Positions 52,710-62,763 of a DNA stretch of 64,000 bases are shown piece after piece. The notes beneath the pieces are model-generated. The model had not been told where the DNA came from. It searched no databases and was given only the letters and a program-made list of their open reading frames with translations. The stretch covers positions 453,435 through 517,434 of the forward strand of contig CAWAYR010000022.1 of NCBI GenBank assembly GCA_963786365.1, given 5' to 3'. Source of the DNA: an uncultured Acidobacteriota bacterium. Its GTDB lineage: Bacteria; Acidobacteriota; Vicinamibacteria; Vicinamibacterales; UBA2999. The stretch's first letter is position 1, and each line of letters opens with the position of its first letter. Both the position numbers and the translations under genes were made by a program.

Positions 52710-53536
52710 ACGAGTGCATGTGGCGGCGAAGGCGTCTCGGAGCGGCAACGGTGATGGCCGTCCTGGTGATGGCTCTGGCTTCTGCCGCCCAGACCGCGCG
52801 CACCGGCGGCGCAGCAGAAGCCGTTCGAGCCGCAGGTCGGGCAGGGTGGCAAGGACGTGGTCTGGGTGCCGACGCCTCAGGCCCTGGTCGAGAAGATGCT
52901 CGACATGGCGCAGGTCACCGCCGACGACGTCGTGATGGACCTCGGCTCGGGCGACGGGCGCAACATCATCGCCGCCGCCAGGCGCGGCGCCGCGCGCCAT
53001 CGGCGTCGAGTACAACCCCGACATGGTGGCGCTGTCGAATCGTCTGGCGCAGGACGCCGGCGTGGCCGGCAAGGCCACCTTCATCGAGGGCGACATGTTC
53101 ACGGCCGACATCTCCAAGGCGACGGTCATGGCGCTGTTCCTGCTGCCCAACAACCTCGAGCGGCTGCGCGACACGTTCATGAATCTCCGGCCCGGCACCC
53201 GGATGGTGCTCAACACGTTCGGCATTCCCGACTGGGACGCCGACGCCCGGGAGACGATCGCCGGCGACTGCGTGAGCTGGTGCACGTCGCTGCTCTACTA
53301 CGTGCCGGCGCGAGTCGCCGGCACCTGGGCTTCGACCATCGGCACGCTGCAGCTCACCCAGTCGTATCAAGTGGTGATGGGCACGCGTCGCCGACCAGGG
53401 CGGGACGGCCAACGTGAGCGGCCGGCTGCGCGGCACATCGCTGACCCTCGACGCCGGGGGTCAGACCCTCACCGGCACGGTGACCGCCGACCGCATCGAC
53501 GGCCAGGGCTGGTCGGCGACGCGGGTCGCGCCGTAG
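52706..53536 (+). pseudogene. Class I SAM-dependent methyltransferase with N-terminal signal/anchor, three frame breaks (~52800, ~52995, ~53390)
   Basis: GTG overlaps the kinase TGA. 'RRRRLGAATVMAVLVMALASAAQ', then 'VVMDLGSGDGRNIIAAARRGA' (motif I), 'IGVEYNPDMV', 'FIEGDMF', 'VMALFLLP'. Confidence 0.7.
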
Positions 53537-53551
53537 CGGCGAGCCGCGACG

Positions 53552-55056
53552 TCACGGGTCGGCCACCAGCATCCGGATCGTGCCGTCCTGGCGCGAGGTC
53601 ACGAACAGCTCGCCGTCGCGGCTCTGTCCGAGGTGCAGGTCGGCGCGGGCCATCGTCGCCCGCCGTGTCCGCTCGACCAGCTCGCGCAGCGAGACGTACT
53701 CCCGCTGGCCGCCGGCGCTCAGCACATAGAGCTGGATCTCTTCGACCGGCGCCACGGTCTGCGGCACGCCGTCGTCGGCGCGCTTCATCGCGGCCAGGTC
53801 GGCGGCGAACAGGCGGCCGCGCACGATGTCGCCGAAGACGAACTTGCCGGCCAGCGCGCCGATGCGGCCGTGATAGGCGAAGCCGCCGCTGACGGCCTGG
53901 CCGTCGCCGTGGTCGTAGATCGCCACCGGGTAGGTGAAGCCGTCCTTGACCCGGCCGTCGCGCACATCGGGTGGCAGCTCGAACAGCTGGTCGAGGGCGC
54001 CGCCGGGGCGGCGTGATCCCGTTCTCGAAATAGCCCTCGCGCTTCATCCAGCCGTAGTTGCCGCCGTTCCTGACGATGTTGACCTCTTCGACGTGGTTCA
54101 TCCCGATGTCGAGCGCGAACATGGTGCCGTCGGTGTCCCACGACAGCCGGTGGGCGTTGCGGAAGCCGTAGGCGTAGATCTCGCCCAGCGTCTTGGGATC
54201 GCCATCGGCGGCGAACACGTTGGCCGGCGGAATGGTGTAGTCGCCGAGGCCCTTCTGGCCGCCGGAGACGGTGGGCGATCGCGGGTCGACGCGCAGGATG
54301 GCGGTGATCACCGAGTCGAGGCGCTGCGACTGCGCGGGGTTGTTGGCGTGCGGGCCGCCGCCGTTGCTGAACCCGAGGTCGCTGCCGCTGGTGTAGAGCA
54401 GGCCGTAGTCGGGCGAACCGGGGCGGGCCGTCGGGTTGAACTCGACCGCGCCCATCGGATGGGTCAGGTTCTGGACGATGTGGGCGACCCGCAACAGCTC
54501 GCGTCTGGTGCCGTCGAAGCGGTTCGCCGACGGACTCTTGGCCCGCCATTCGGTGAACACGTTGTGATACGTGACGTCGGCCGGCGTGAAGCCGGGAGGA
54601 ATGAAGTCGGGCGCCTTCGGGTTGCCCGCCGCCCGCTCGCCGTGCACGGTGTAGAAGAGCCCGTTGGCGGCGAACTCGGGATGGAACGCGAAGGCGATGA
54701 ACCCGCTCTCGAGCCGGTTGTAGACCGCATGGGGGAACACCGCCCCGACGTCGGCGTACACGCGTCGGCGTGGCGCCGTCGAGCCGGTAGAGGAACCCGC
54801 GCGAGTCGTTGACGAACCGGCGCCCGTCGGGCAGGTCGCGCACGTAGCTGACCCGGGCCCAGCCGGCCGGATTGGTGTCCTGGTCAGGCGGCCGCAGCCC
54901 GCGGGTGTCGGGCAGACGGGCGAGGTCGGCGATCCGCACCGTCAGGCCAAGCTTCTCGACCGGCGCGACGCGTGGCGCCGCCAGCTGGGCTCCGACCACG
55001 CCGGCGGCGGCCACCGTCGCCACGGCGACGGCGATCGACAGCGCCCGCGACCGCAT
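53552..55056 (-). pseudogene. PQQ-dependent sugar (glucose/sorbosone) dehydrogenase-like beta-propeller, frame breaks ~54770 and ~53990
   Basis: Signal 'MRSRALSIAVAVATVAAAGVVG', 'GFIAFAFHPEFAANGLFY', 'EIYAYGFRNAHRLSWD', 'VEEVNIVRNGGNYGWM', 'SGGFAYHG'. The ATG overlaps the stop of the DUF1501 gene. Confidence 0.7.
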
Positions 55057-56534
55057 CACGTGTTCACGATCTGCGGGATCAGCGTGCCGTAGACGTCGGT
55101 CAGCCGCATGTCGCGCCCGTTGGAGCGATAGGTCAGCTTCTTGTGGTCCAGTCCGAGCAGGTGCAGCATCGTCGCGTGCAGGTCGTGGTACGAGATCGGC
55201 TGCTCCAGCGCCTTGTAGCCGAAGTCGTCGCTGGCCCCGATCACCTGCCCGCCCTTGACGCCGGCGCCGGCCATCAGCACCGTCTGCGTGCCCGGGTTGT
55301 GGTCGCGCCCGACGCCGCGCTGCGAGATCGGCATGCGCCCGAACTCGGAGTGCATGATGACGAGCGTCGAGTCGAGCAGCCCGCGGGCGCGCAGGTCCTG
55401 CAGCAGCCCGGCCATCGGCTTGTCGGTTTCGGCGGCGTGCTGGGTGTGGTTGGCCTTGACGTCGCCGTGCGCGTCCCAGGTGTCGACGTTCTGGTTGCCG
55501 ACGCCGCCCGAGAACACCTGCACGAAGCGCACGCCGCGCTCGACCAGCCGCCGCGCCATCAGGCACTGCCGGCCGAACGGCTCGGTCACCTTGTCGTCGA
55601 GGCCGTAGAGCGCCTTGGTGGCGTCGGATTCGCTCGACACGTCCACCGCATCGGGCGCGCAGCCCTGCATGCGGTAGGCCAGCTCGTACGACGAGATGCG
55701 CGCCGCCAGCTCGCTGTTGCCGGGGAACTTCTGCATGTCGAGCTCGTTCAGCCTGGCCAGCGCGTCGAGCCGGGCCCGCTGATCGTCCGGGGTCACGCTG
55801 GCCGGCGGCTTCAGGTCGACGATCGGATCGCCGGTGGCGCGGAACAGCGTGCCCTGGTAGGCCGCCGGCATGTAGCCGGCGCTCCAGTCGTTCGGTCCGC
55901 CCAGCGGGCCGCCGCGGGCATCGGTCATCACCACGTAGGCCGGCAGGCTCGACGACTCCGAGCCCAGCCCGTAGGTCACCCACGAGCCGACGCTGGGGAA
56001 CCCGAGGTTGATCTGCCCGGTCTGCATCTCGTAGGTGCCCTGCACGTGGTCGTTCGACCGCCCGTAGACCGAGCGCAGGAAGGCGATCTCGTCGACGTGC
56101 TGGCTGAGGTGCGGGAAGATCTCCGACACCTCGATGCCGCTCTGCCCGTACTTCTTGAAGCTGAACGGGCTCGGCATCAGCGGCCCCGGCGAGCCCTGCC
56201 GCACGATGACGTCGCCCTTCACCTTGTCGTCGATCGGCTGGCCGGCGTACTTGGCGAGCGCCGGCTTGGGGTCGAAGGTGTCCATCTGGCTCCAGCCGCC
56301 GCCCATGAAGAGCGAGATCACGGCGGTGGCGCGCGGCCGGAAGTGCGGCGCCTTCGGCGCGTAGGGATTCACGCCGGTGGCCGGCGCGGCGCAGCCGTCG
56401 GGCGGCGCGGCGGCCGCCGACAGCACGCCGTCGCGATCGAGCAGCCAGGCCAGCGCCAGGCCGCTCATCCCGCCGCCCGACTGGAACAGGAAGTCGCGGC
56501 GATCCCAGAAGTACCGGTTGCAGCGATGCGACAC
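55056..56534 (-). CDS. DUF1501-family (sulfatase-fold) protein with Tat-type signal
   Basis: Intact 492 aa. 'WDRRDFLFQSGGGMSGLALAWLL', 'VISLFMGGGWSQMDTFDPKP', 'VIMHSEFGRMP...GRDHNPG'. Confidence 0.85.
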   Translation of the reverse strand: MSHRCNRYFWDRRDFLFQSGGGMSGLALAWLLDRDGVLSAAAAPPDGCAAPATGVNPYAPKAPHFRPRATAVISLFMGGGWSQMDTFDPKPALAKYAGQPIDDKVKGDVIVRQGSPGPLMPSPFSFKKYGQSGIEVSEIFPHLSQHVDEIAFLRSVYGRSNDHVQGTYEMQTGQINLGFPSVGSWVTYGLGSESSSLPAYVVMTDARGGPLGGPNDWSAGYMPAAYQGTLFRATGDPIVDLKPPASVTPDDQRARLDALARLNELDMQKFPGNSELAARISSYELAYRMQGCAPDAVDVSSESDATKALYGLDDKVTEPFGRQCLMARRLVERGVRFVQVFSGGVGNQNVDTWDAHGDVKANHTQHAAETDKPMAGLLQDLRARGLLDSTLVIMHSEFGRMPISQRGVGRDHNPGTQTVLMAGAGVKGGQVIGASDDFGYKALEQPISYHDLHATMLHLLGLDHKKLTYRSNGRDMRLTDVYGTLIPQIVNT

Positions 56535-56537
56535 GGC

Positions 56538-59172
56538 TCACCTCATGTAGACGAACTCGTCGAGGTTGAGAAGGACGTGGGTGAACGCCGCCAGCGACTG
56601 GGCGCGGACCAGGTCGAGGGCGACGTCGAGCTCCGCCGGCGCCGGCGGACGCGCCAGCGCGATGCGGTACGCCAGGTCGACCTGCGCCGCCGGCGTCGCC
56701 CGCCTCGCGTCGACGCGATCGGCCAGCCGCTCCGCCTGCGCCAGCACGAACGGGTTGTTGAGCAGCGTCAGCGCCTGCGTCGGCACGGTGGAGACGTTGC
56801 GGGCGCCGGCGACCACGTTCATGTCGGGGTGGTCGAAGGTGTCGAACATCGGGTACGGCAGTGAGCGGCGGCGATAGACGTAGACGCCGCGCCGCCACGC
56901 CTCCGGGCCCGTCGGGCGTGTTCACCCACTTGCCGCGGTACTGGCCGGTGAGGATGTCCTTGGGAATGAACGGGAAGATCGGCTCGCCGCCCACCGCCAG
57001 GTTGATGTTGCCGCCGACGGTCAGCATGCTGTCGCGCACGATCTCGGCGTCGAGGCGCTGCGGGCGGAAGCGCCAGAGGTAGCGGTTCTCCGGATCCGTG
57101 TCCGCGGCGGCGGCGTCGGCGCCGTCGGCGGCCATCTGATAGGCCTGCGACGTCATCATCAGCCGGTTCGCCTGCTTGAGGCTCCAGCCGTTGCGCATGA
57201 ACTCGACCGCCAGCCAGTCGAGCAGCTCCGGATGCGTGGGCGCTTCGCCCATCTTGCCGAAGTTCTCGAGCGTGGAGACGATGCCGCGGCCGAAGTGCTT
57301 CTGCCAGAGCCGATTGACGATGACCCGGGCGGTGAGCGGGTTGTCGGGCGAGGCGATCCAGCGCGCCAGGGCGAGGCGCCGGCCCGAGGTCCGCCCGTCG
57401 GGCCGCGGGATCTCGGTGGGCGGATTGCCGCGGGTGATCACCTGCACGAACCCCGGCTGCATCTGCGGGCCGCGGCTCTCGACGTCGCCGCGGATCAGGA
57501 AATACGACGGCGGCGTCTCGTAGCGTCCGGGACCCTTGTGCAGGTAGCTGCCGGGGAACGGCGGCGGAATCCGGCACTTCGGACAGCTCACGACCTCGTC
57601 GCCCTCGCCGAGCGGCGAGAAGCGATGATCGCCGTCGGTGGCGATGTCGGCCATCGGCAGCGGCGGCGGGCGCTCCTTCTCCACGGCGGCGACCTGCGCG
57701 ATCGAGCTCTTGACGGGCCGCGAGCTCGGCCGGCGACATCGCCGCCTCGAGGTCCTTGGGCGCCACGTTCACCGCTTCGAATACCTGGATCGCCAGCAGC
57801 TTCTCGCCCGGGGTCCGCGCGCTCTCCGGCTTGGCGGCGGCCTGGTAGATGGCGTCGGAGAAGCGCGTCTTGATCAGCGCCAGCTCGAGACGGTCGCGGT
57901 GCGGCTTCTCGATGGCGGCGATCTTCGCCTTGAGGCCGTCGCGCCTGGCATCGAGGGCCTCGTTGGTGGCCAGGTACGCGGCGGCCTGCGCCGGCGGCGC
58001 CAGCGGCACGCTGGTCTCGACGTAGCCGAAGATCGACGCCTGCAGCGCGTAGTAGTCCTTCTGCCGGATCGGATCGAACTTGTGGTCGTGGCAGCGCGCG
58101 CAGCCGATCGTCAGCCCCAGCGTGCCCTTGCCGATCACGCCGATGACGTCGTCGAGGTAGTCGAAACGCCGCTCGGGGTTGTCCTTCTCGCGGAACAGCA
58201 CCCGCGGGCCGGCGCGCAGGAAGCCGGTGGCGATCTGGCTGGCGTCGGTCTTGCCGTCCATCTCGTCGCCGGCGATCTGCTCGACGAGGAACCGGTCGTA
58301 GGGCATGTCGGCGTTGAACGACTGGATCACGTAGTCGCGATAGCGCCAGGCGTTGGGGCGGTGGACGTCGTACTCGAAGCCGCCGGAGTCGGCGTAGCGG
58401 GCGACGTCGAGCCAGTGCCGGCCCTAGCGTTCGCCGTAGTGCGGCGAGGCCAGCAGCGTGTCGATCAGCCGCTCCCAGGCGTCGGGCCGGTCGTCGGCGA
58501 CGAAGCGCTCGACCTCGTCGGGCGACGGCGGCAGGCCGACCAGGTCGAGATAGGCGCGGCGCACCAGCGTGCGGCGGTCGGCGCGGGGCGCGGCGACCAG
58601 CCCGCGCGACGCCCGCGCCTGCTCGAGGAAGCGATCGATGGGATGGTCGAGGCCGGCATGGCTCACGGCCGGCAGCGGCGCCTGCACCGGCGGCTTGAAG
58701 GCCCAGTAGGCGCGTTCCTCGTCGGTGATCGGCCGCTCCTCGATGGCGGCGATCGCACGGCGCCGCCGTGGTCGACATCACCGCCGCCGCGTCCCAGCGA
58801 GCGCCTTCGTCGATCCAGCGCTTCAGTGTGCCGATCTCGGCGGCGCTCAGCGCCTCGCCGCGCATCGGCATGGCTGGCGCCTCGAGCCCGGCCACGTGGC
58901 GGTAAATCCGGCTCTGCTCGGCGTTGCCGGGCACCAGCGACGGCCCGTGCGCACCGCCCTCGAGGGCCGATTCGCGGGTGCGCAGATCGAGCTTCGACAG
59001 CTTCAGCTTCTCGCCGTGACAGCCGAGGCACTTGGCCTCGAGCATCGGCTTGACCTCGCCGGCGAAGTCGACGGGACGCGGCGCGGGCGGCACGGCGCCT
59101 GGGCCGCGGGCGGGCTCGCCGCCAGTGGGGCGAGGCGAGGACGAAGAGGCACGAGGCGAGTGAACGGGGCAT
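56538..59172 (-). pseudogene. PSCyt1 (planctomycete cytochrome c) + DUF1549 + DUF1553 protein, five frame breaks and one in-frame TAG
   Basis: 'FAGEVKPMLEAKCLGCHG' (CxxCH), 'IDRFLEQARASRGL', 'LLASPHYGER[TAG]GRHWLDVARYADS', 'CARCHDHKFDPIRQKDYY', 'NRLWQKHFGRGIV', 'MFDTFDHPDMN..'. Pieces lie in ORFs 58663..59184, 57588..59093, 58424..58687, 56819..58330, 53785..57684 and 56538..56849. Confidence 0.85.
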
Positions 59173-59284
59173 CGACCTTCCCACGTCTCCTTCCGCCGTC
59201 GCGGCGGCCCGGGCCGGCGCCTCGGGCCACCCGCCGATCAGGGCACTCTACCGCAAGCGCCGCCGGCTGTGCCCCTCACCCGCC

Positions 59285-60443
59285 CTATCCTCGCGCCCGG
59301 GCGTGCCAGGCCTTCAGCACCGCCGCTTCCTGGTCGGCCGTCGCCCCGGCCTTCAGCCGCTGCTCGGCGGCCGGCCGGCCGTGATGGAACGCGAGCGTGG
59401 CCGCGGCCGTGTCGGCCAACGTGCGGAAGGTCAGCCCCGCGGCCACCTCGCGCGAGAGGTCGAAGCGCGCGAAGCCTTCGAAGCCGGGGGTCGGCGGACG
59501 CCACACCGGCATCTCCGCATACGGCCGTATCTTGTGCTGCTCGAGGAACTCCCGGGGCACCCACGTCCAGGTGAGCGGCGCGGTCGTCACCGCGGCGATG
59601 CCGTAGAGGAACTCGGCCATCGACCGGCCGTGCTGCGGCCCCAGCGCCATGAAGGTGCCATAGGTGCGGTTCTCGCACAGCCGCACCGCCCATTCGCACA
59701 GGTCGCGGACGTCGATCACCTGCACGCGATCGGCATCCGGGTCGCCGGGCGCCAGGATCTCGCCGCCGCGCTCGATCCGCACCGGCCAGTAGGTGAAGCG
59801 ATCGGTGTCGTCGCCGGGGCCGACGATGAGCCCGGGCCGGACGACGGTCGTTCGCGGACCGAACGCCACGGTGGCTTCGGCCTCGGCCAGCGCCTTGGAG
59901 AGCCCGTAGGGATACGGCTTGCCGCGGGTCCAGTTCGGCGTGTTCTCGAGGGTCAGCAGCGGCGCGTTCACCGTCGCCGGCACCTGGCTCAGGTCGGCGA
60001 AGACCGAACGCGTCGAGATGAACAGGTACTGGTCGGCGGCGTCCTTCAAGCAGCGTCGCCGAGTCGCGGACCCAGTCGGGTGCGTCGGCGCGCGACGCGG
60101 AGTTGTCGATCACCGCGTCCCAGCGCCGCCCCTTCAGCGCATCGAGCTGGCGGGCGGCGCGGTCGCCGGTGAGCTCTTCCACGCCCTTGAACAGGCCGGG
60201 CGCGCTGCGGCCGCGGTTGAAGATCGTCACTTCGTGACCACGCTCGACCGCGTAGCGCACCTGCCACGGGCCGATGAATCCGGTGCCGCCGAGGATCAGC
60301 AGCTTGATCCGGCGCCGCGGCGACGAGGACGCTGCCTGGGTCAGCACCGGCCGTGGCGCGGCGTCGGCGCCGGCCCGCCGGCCCCAGCCGACGACGAGGC
60401 CGGCCGCGACGGGCAGCTGCAGGAAATCACGGCGTGACGGCAT
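59285..60443 (-). pseudogene. NAD(P)-dependent epimerase/dehydratase-family protein with Tat signal, frame break near 60055
   Basis: 'MPSRRDFLQLPVAAGL', 'KLLILGGTGFIGPWQVRYAVERGHEVTIFNRG', then ORF 59285..60049 with 'YPYGLSKALAE' (YxxxK). Confidence 0.75.
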
Positions 60444-60480
60444 GGCTGGGCTCCTGTCTGGTGAATAATGCCTTAAGAAC

Positions 60481-60505
60481 GGCTCGGGGCTCGGGGCCCG
60501 GGGCA
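60481..60505 (+). repeat. GGGGCTCGGGG G-tract element copy in a divergent promoter spacer
   Basis: 'ggctcggggctcggggcccggggc', between the epimerase start (60443, minus strand) and the aminopeptidase start (60543, plus strand). Confidence 0.75.
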
Positions 60506-60542
60506 AAGATCAGACGCTTCGGCCCGACCAGATGGACGTGCG

Positions 60543-61553
60543 GTGACGACGACATTCGATCCAGAGCTGACGCCAGGGGCGCGCAACGCCATCCGCGTCT
60601 GTCTGAACGTGCAGCCGCACGAGCGGGTCACGGTGGTGGCCGACCGTGCCTGCGAAGAGATCGCCGCCAGCCTGGTGCGCGAGATCGAAGCGGTCGGCGC
60701 GCCGTATCACGCGTTCGTGCTCGAGGACGAGGCGCCGCGGCCGCTCGTCGACTTCCCCGCCGCCGTCGCCGCCGACATGGAGCAGAGCCAGGTGTCGGTC
60801 TTCGCCGTGCAGGTGCAGCCCAACGAGCTGCAGTCGCGGATGCAGATGACCGGCATCGTCAACCGACGGCGCATGCGTCACGCGCACATGGTCAACATCA
60901 CGCCGCAGATCATGTGCGAGGGCATGCGGGCCGACTATCAGCGGGTCGATCGGCTCAGCCAGAAGGTGGTCGAGATGGTGCGCGAGGCCCGCCAGGTGCG
61001 CGCCACCACGCCGGCCGGGAGCGACTTCACCGCGACGCTCAACCACGACTACAAGTGGCTGAAGACGAGCGGCCTCATCAGCCCCGACAAATGGGGCAAC
61101 CTGCCCGGCGGCGAGATCTTCACCACCCCGGGCGAGGTCAACGGCACGGTGGTCGTCGACGGCGTCGTCGGCGACTTCCTGTGCGCGCGCTTCGGCATGC
61201 TCACCGACACGCCGCTGACCCTCGAGATCAAGGCCAACCGGCTGGTCTCGGCCGACAGCGCCAACCAGGAGCTCGAAGACGCCTTCTGGGCCTACACGCA
61301 CACCGACGAGAACTCCGACCGCGTCGGCGAGTTCGCCATCGGCACCAACATCGAGCTCACCCGCCTCATCGGCAACATCCTGCAGGACGAGAAGTTCCCG
61401 GGCATCCACATCGCTTTCGGCAACCCCTACGGCGTGCACACCGGCGCCGACTGGCACTCGAGCACGCACATCGACGTCGTCGGCACCGAGTTCGACATCT
61501 GGGTCGACGACACCCAGCTGATGCAGCGCGGGACCTTCCTGGTCTCGGCCTAG
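60543..61553 (+). CDS. M29-like (aminopeptidase T/S family) metallo-aminopeptidase
   Basis: Intact 336 aa. 'GNLPGGEIFTTPGEVNGTVVVDG', 'VGEFAIGTN', 'ILQDEKFPGIHIAFGNPY', 'HIDVV'. Confidence 0.65.
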   Translation: MTTTFDPELTPGARNAIRVCLNVQPHERVTVVADRACEEIAASLVREIEAVGAPYHAFVLEDEAPRPLVDFPAAVAADMEQSQVSVFAVQVQPNELQSRMQMTGIVNRRRMRHAHMVNITPQIMCEGMRADYQRVDRLSQKVVEMVREARQVRATTPAGSDFTATLNHDYKWLKTSGLISPDKWGNLPGGEIFTTPGEVNGTVVVDGVVGDFLCARFGMLTDTPLTLEIKANRLVSADSANQELEDAFWAYTHTDENSDRVGEFAIGTNIELTRLIGNILQDEKFPGIHIAFGNPYGVHTGADWHSSTHIDVVGTEFDIWVDDTQLMQRGTFLVSA

Positions 61554-61569
61554 GCGTGAGCCGCACATC

Positions 61570-62763
61570 ATGGTGCCGGCGCTGCGCGAGCGCTTCAACC
61601 GCGACTGGACGCCGGCGCATCACGTCCGGCTGCAGCAGCGGCTGAGCGACCGCACCGGCCTGCCGCTGCCCTTCCCGGTGAGCGAGACGCCGTGCTTCTT
61701 CCCCGAGGCGCTGCTCGACGAGCTGGCGGCGACGGCGGCGACGCTGGTCACGGGCTTCCTCGCCGACGACGACGCCGCGCGCCGCGGCCGAAGCGCTGAT
61801 TCCCGCGCGCTACCTCGGACCCGGACAGGAAGCCCGGCCGACCTGCGTCCAGGTCGACTTCGGCCTGGTGCGCCGGCCCGACGGCGGCTACACGCCCGAA
61901 GCTGGTCGAGCTCCAGGCCTTCCCGTCGCTCTACGCCTTCCAGCACGTGCTGGCCGAAACCCATCGCGCGGTCTACGACCTGCCGGCGTCGCTCACCGCG
62001 CACATGGGCGGCCTCGACCCGGCCGCCTACCTGGCGCTGGTGCGCGAGGTGCTGGTCGGCGGGCACGACCCGGCGGAAGTCGTGCTGATGGAGATCGCGC
62101 CCGAGCGCCAGAAGACGCAGCCCGACTTCGTGCTCACCGAGCAGCTCTGGGGCATCACGACCGTCGATCCGAAGGACGTCGCCGTGCGCGGCCGCACGCT
62201 GGTCCGCCACGCCGGCGGGCGCGAGGTGCCGATCCGCCGCATCTTCAACCGCGTCATTCCCGACGAGCTCGAGCGCACCGGCCATCCGATGCCGTTCGAC
62301 TACCGCGACGACCTGGCGGTGGAGTGGATCGGCCATCCGGCCTGGTACTTCCGGCTCAGCAAGTCGGCGATTCCGTGGCTGCGCCATCCGTCGGTGCCGC
62401 GCACCTGGCGGCTCGACACGATCGACGCGCTCCCCGCCGATCCGGCGACCCTGGTGCTGAAGCCGCTGTTCTCCTTCGCCGGCGGCGGCATCCGGTTCGC
62501 GCCGACCGAGGCCGACCTCGCCGCGATCCCTGTCGCCGACCGCGCCCTCTACCTGCTGCAGGAACGGATCGCGTTCTCGCCGGTGATCGAGACGCCGCAC
62601 GGCGCCACCCAGGCCGAGATTCGCGTCATGTGCCTGTGGACCGACCGCCTGCGGCCGGTGTTGCCGCTCATCCGCATGGGCCGCGGCACGATGATGGGCG
62701 TGGCCCACAACCAGGGACTGGCCTGGGTCGGCGCGTCGGCCGGATTCGCGGGTGCGGCCGTGA
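61570..62763 (+). pseudogene. Conserved hypothetical, possibly ATP-grasp-like; frame breaks ~61790 and ~61897; 3' boundary uncertain
   Basis: Starts in ORF 61570..62088, then continues in two other frames: 'VQVDFGLVRRPDGGYTP', 'KLVELQAFPSLYAFQHVL', 'LVLKPLFSFAGGGIRF', 'EIRVMCLW'. A TGA at 62761 overlaps a GTG at 62760, but the two are not in the same frame as read. Confidence 0.4.

Noticed and set aside
53785-57684. 1299-aa minus-strand 'giant protein'
   Set aside because: It is a chimera. Its frame is the true frame only for part of the DUF1553 gene and for the N-terminus of the sugar dehydrogenase. It crosses the intact DUF1501 gene out of frame.
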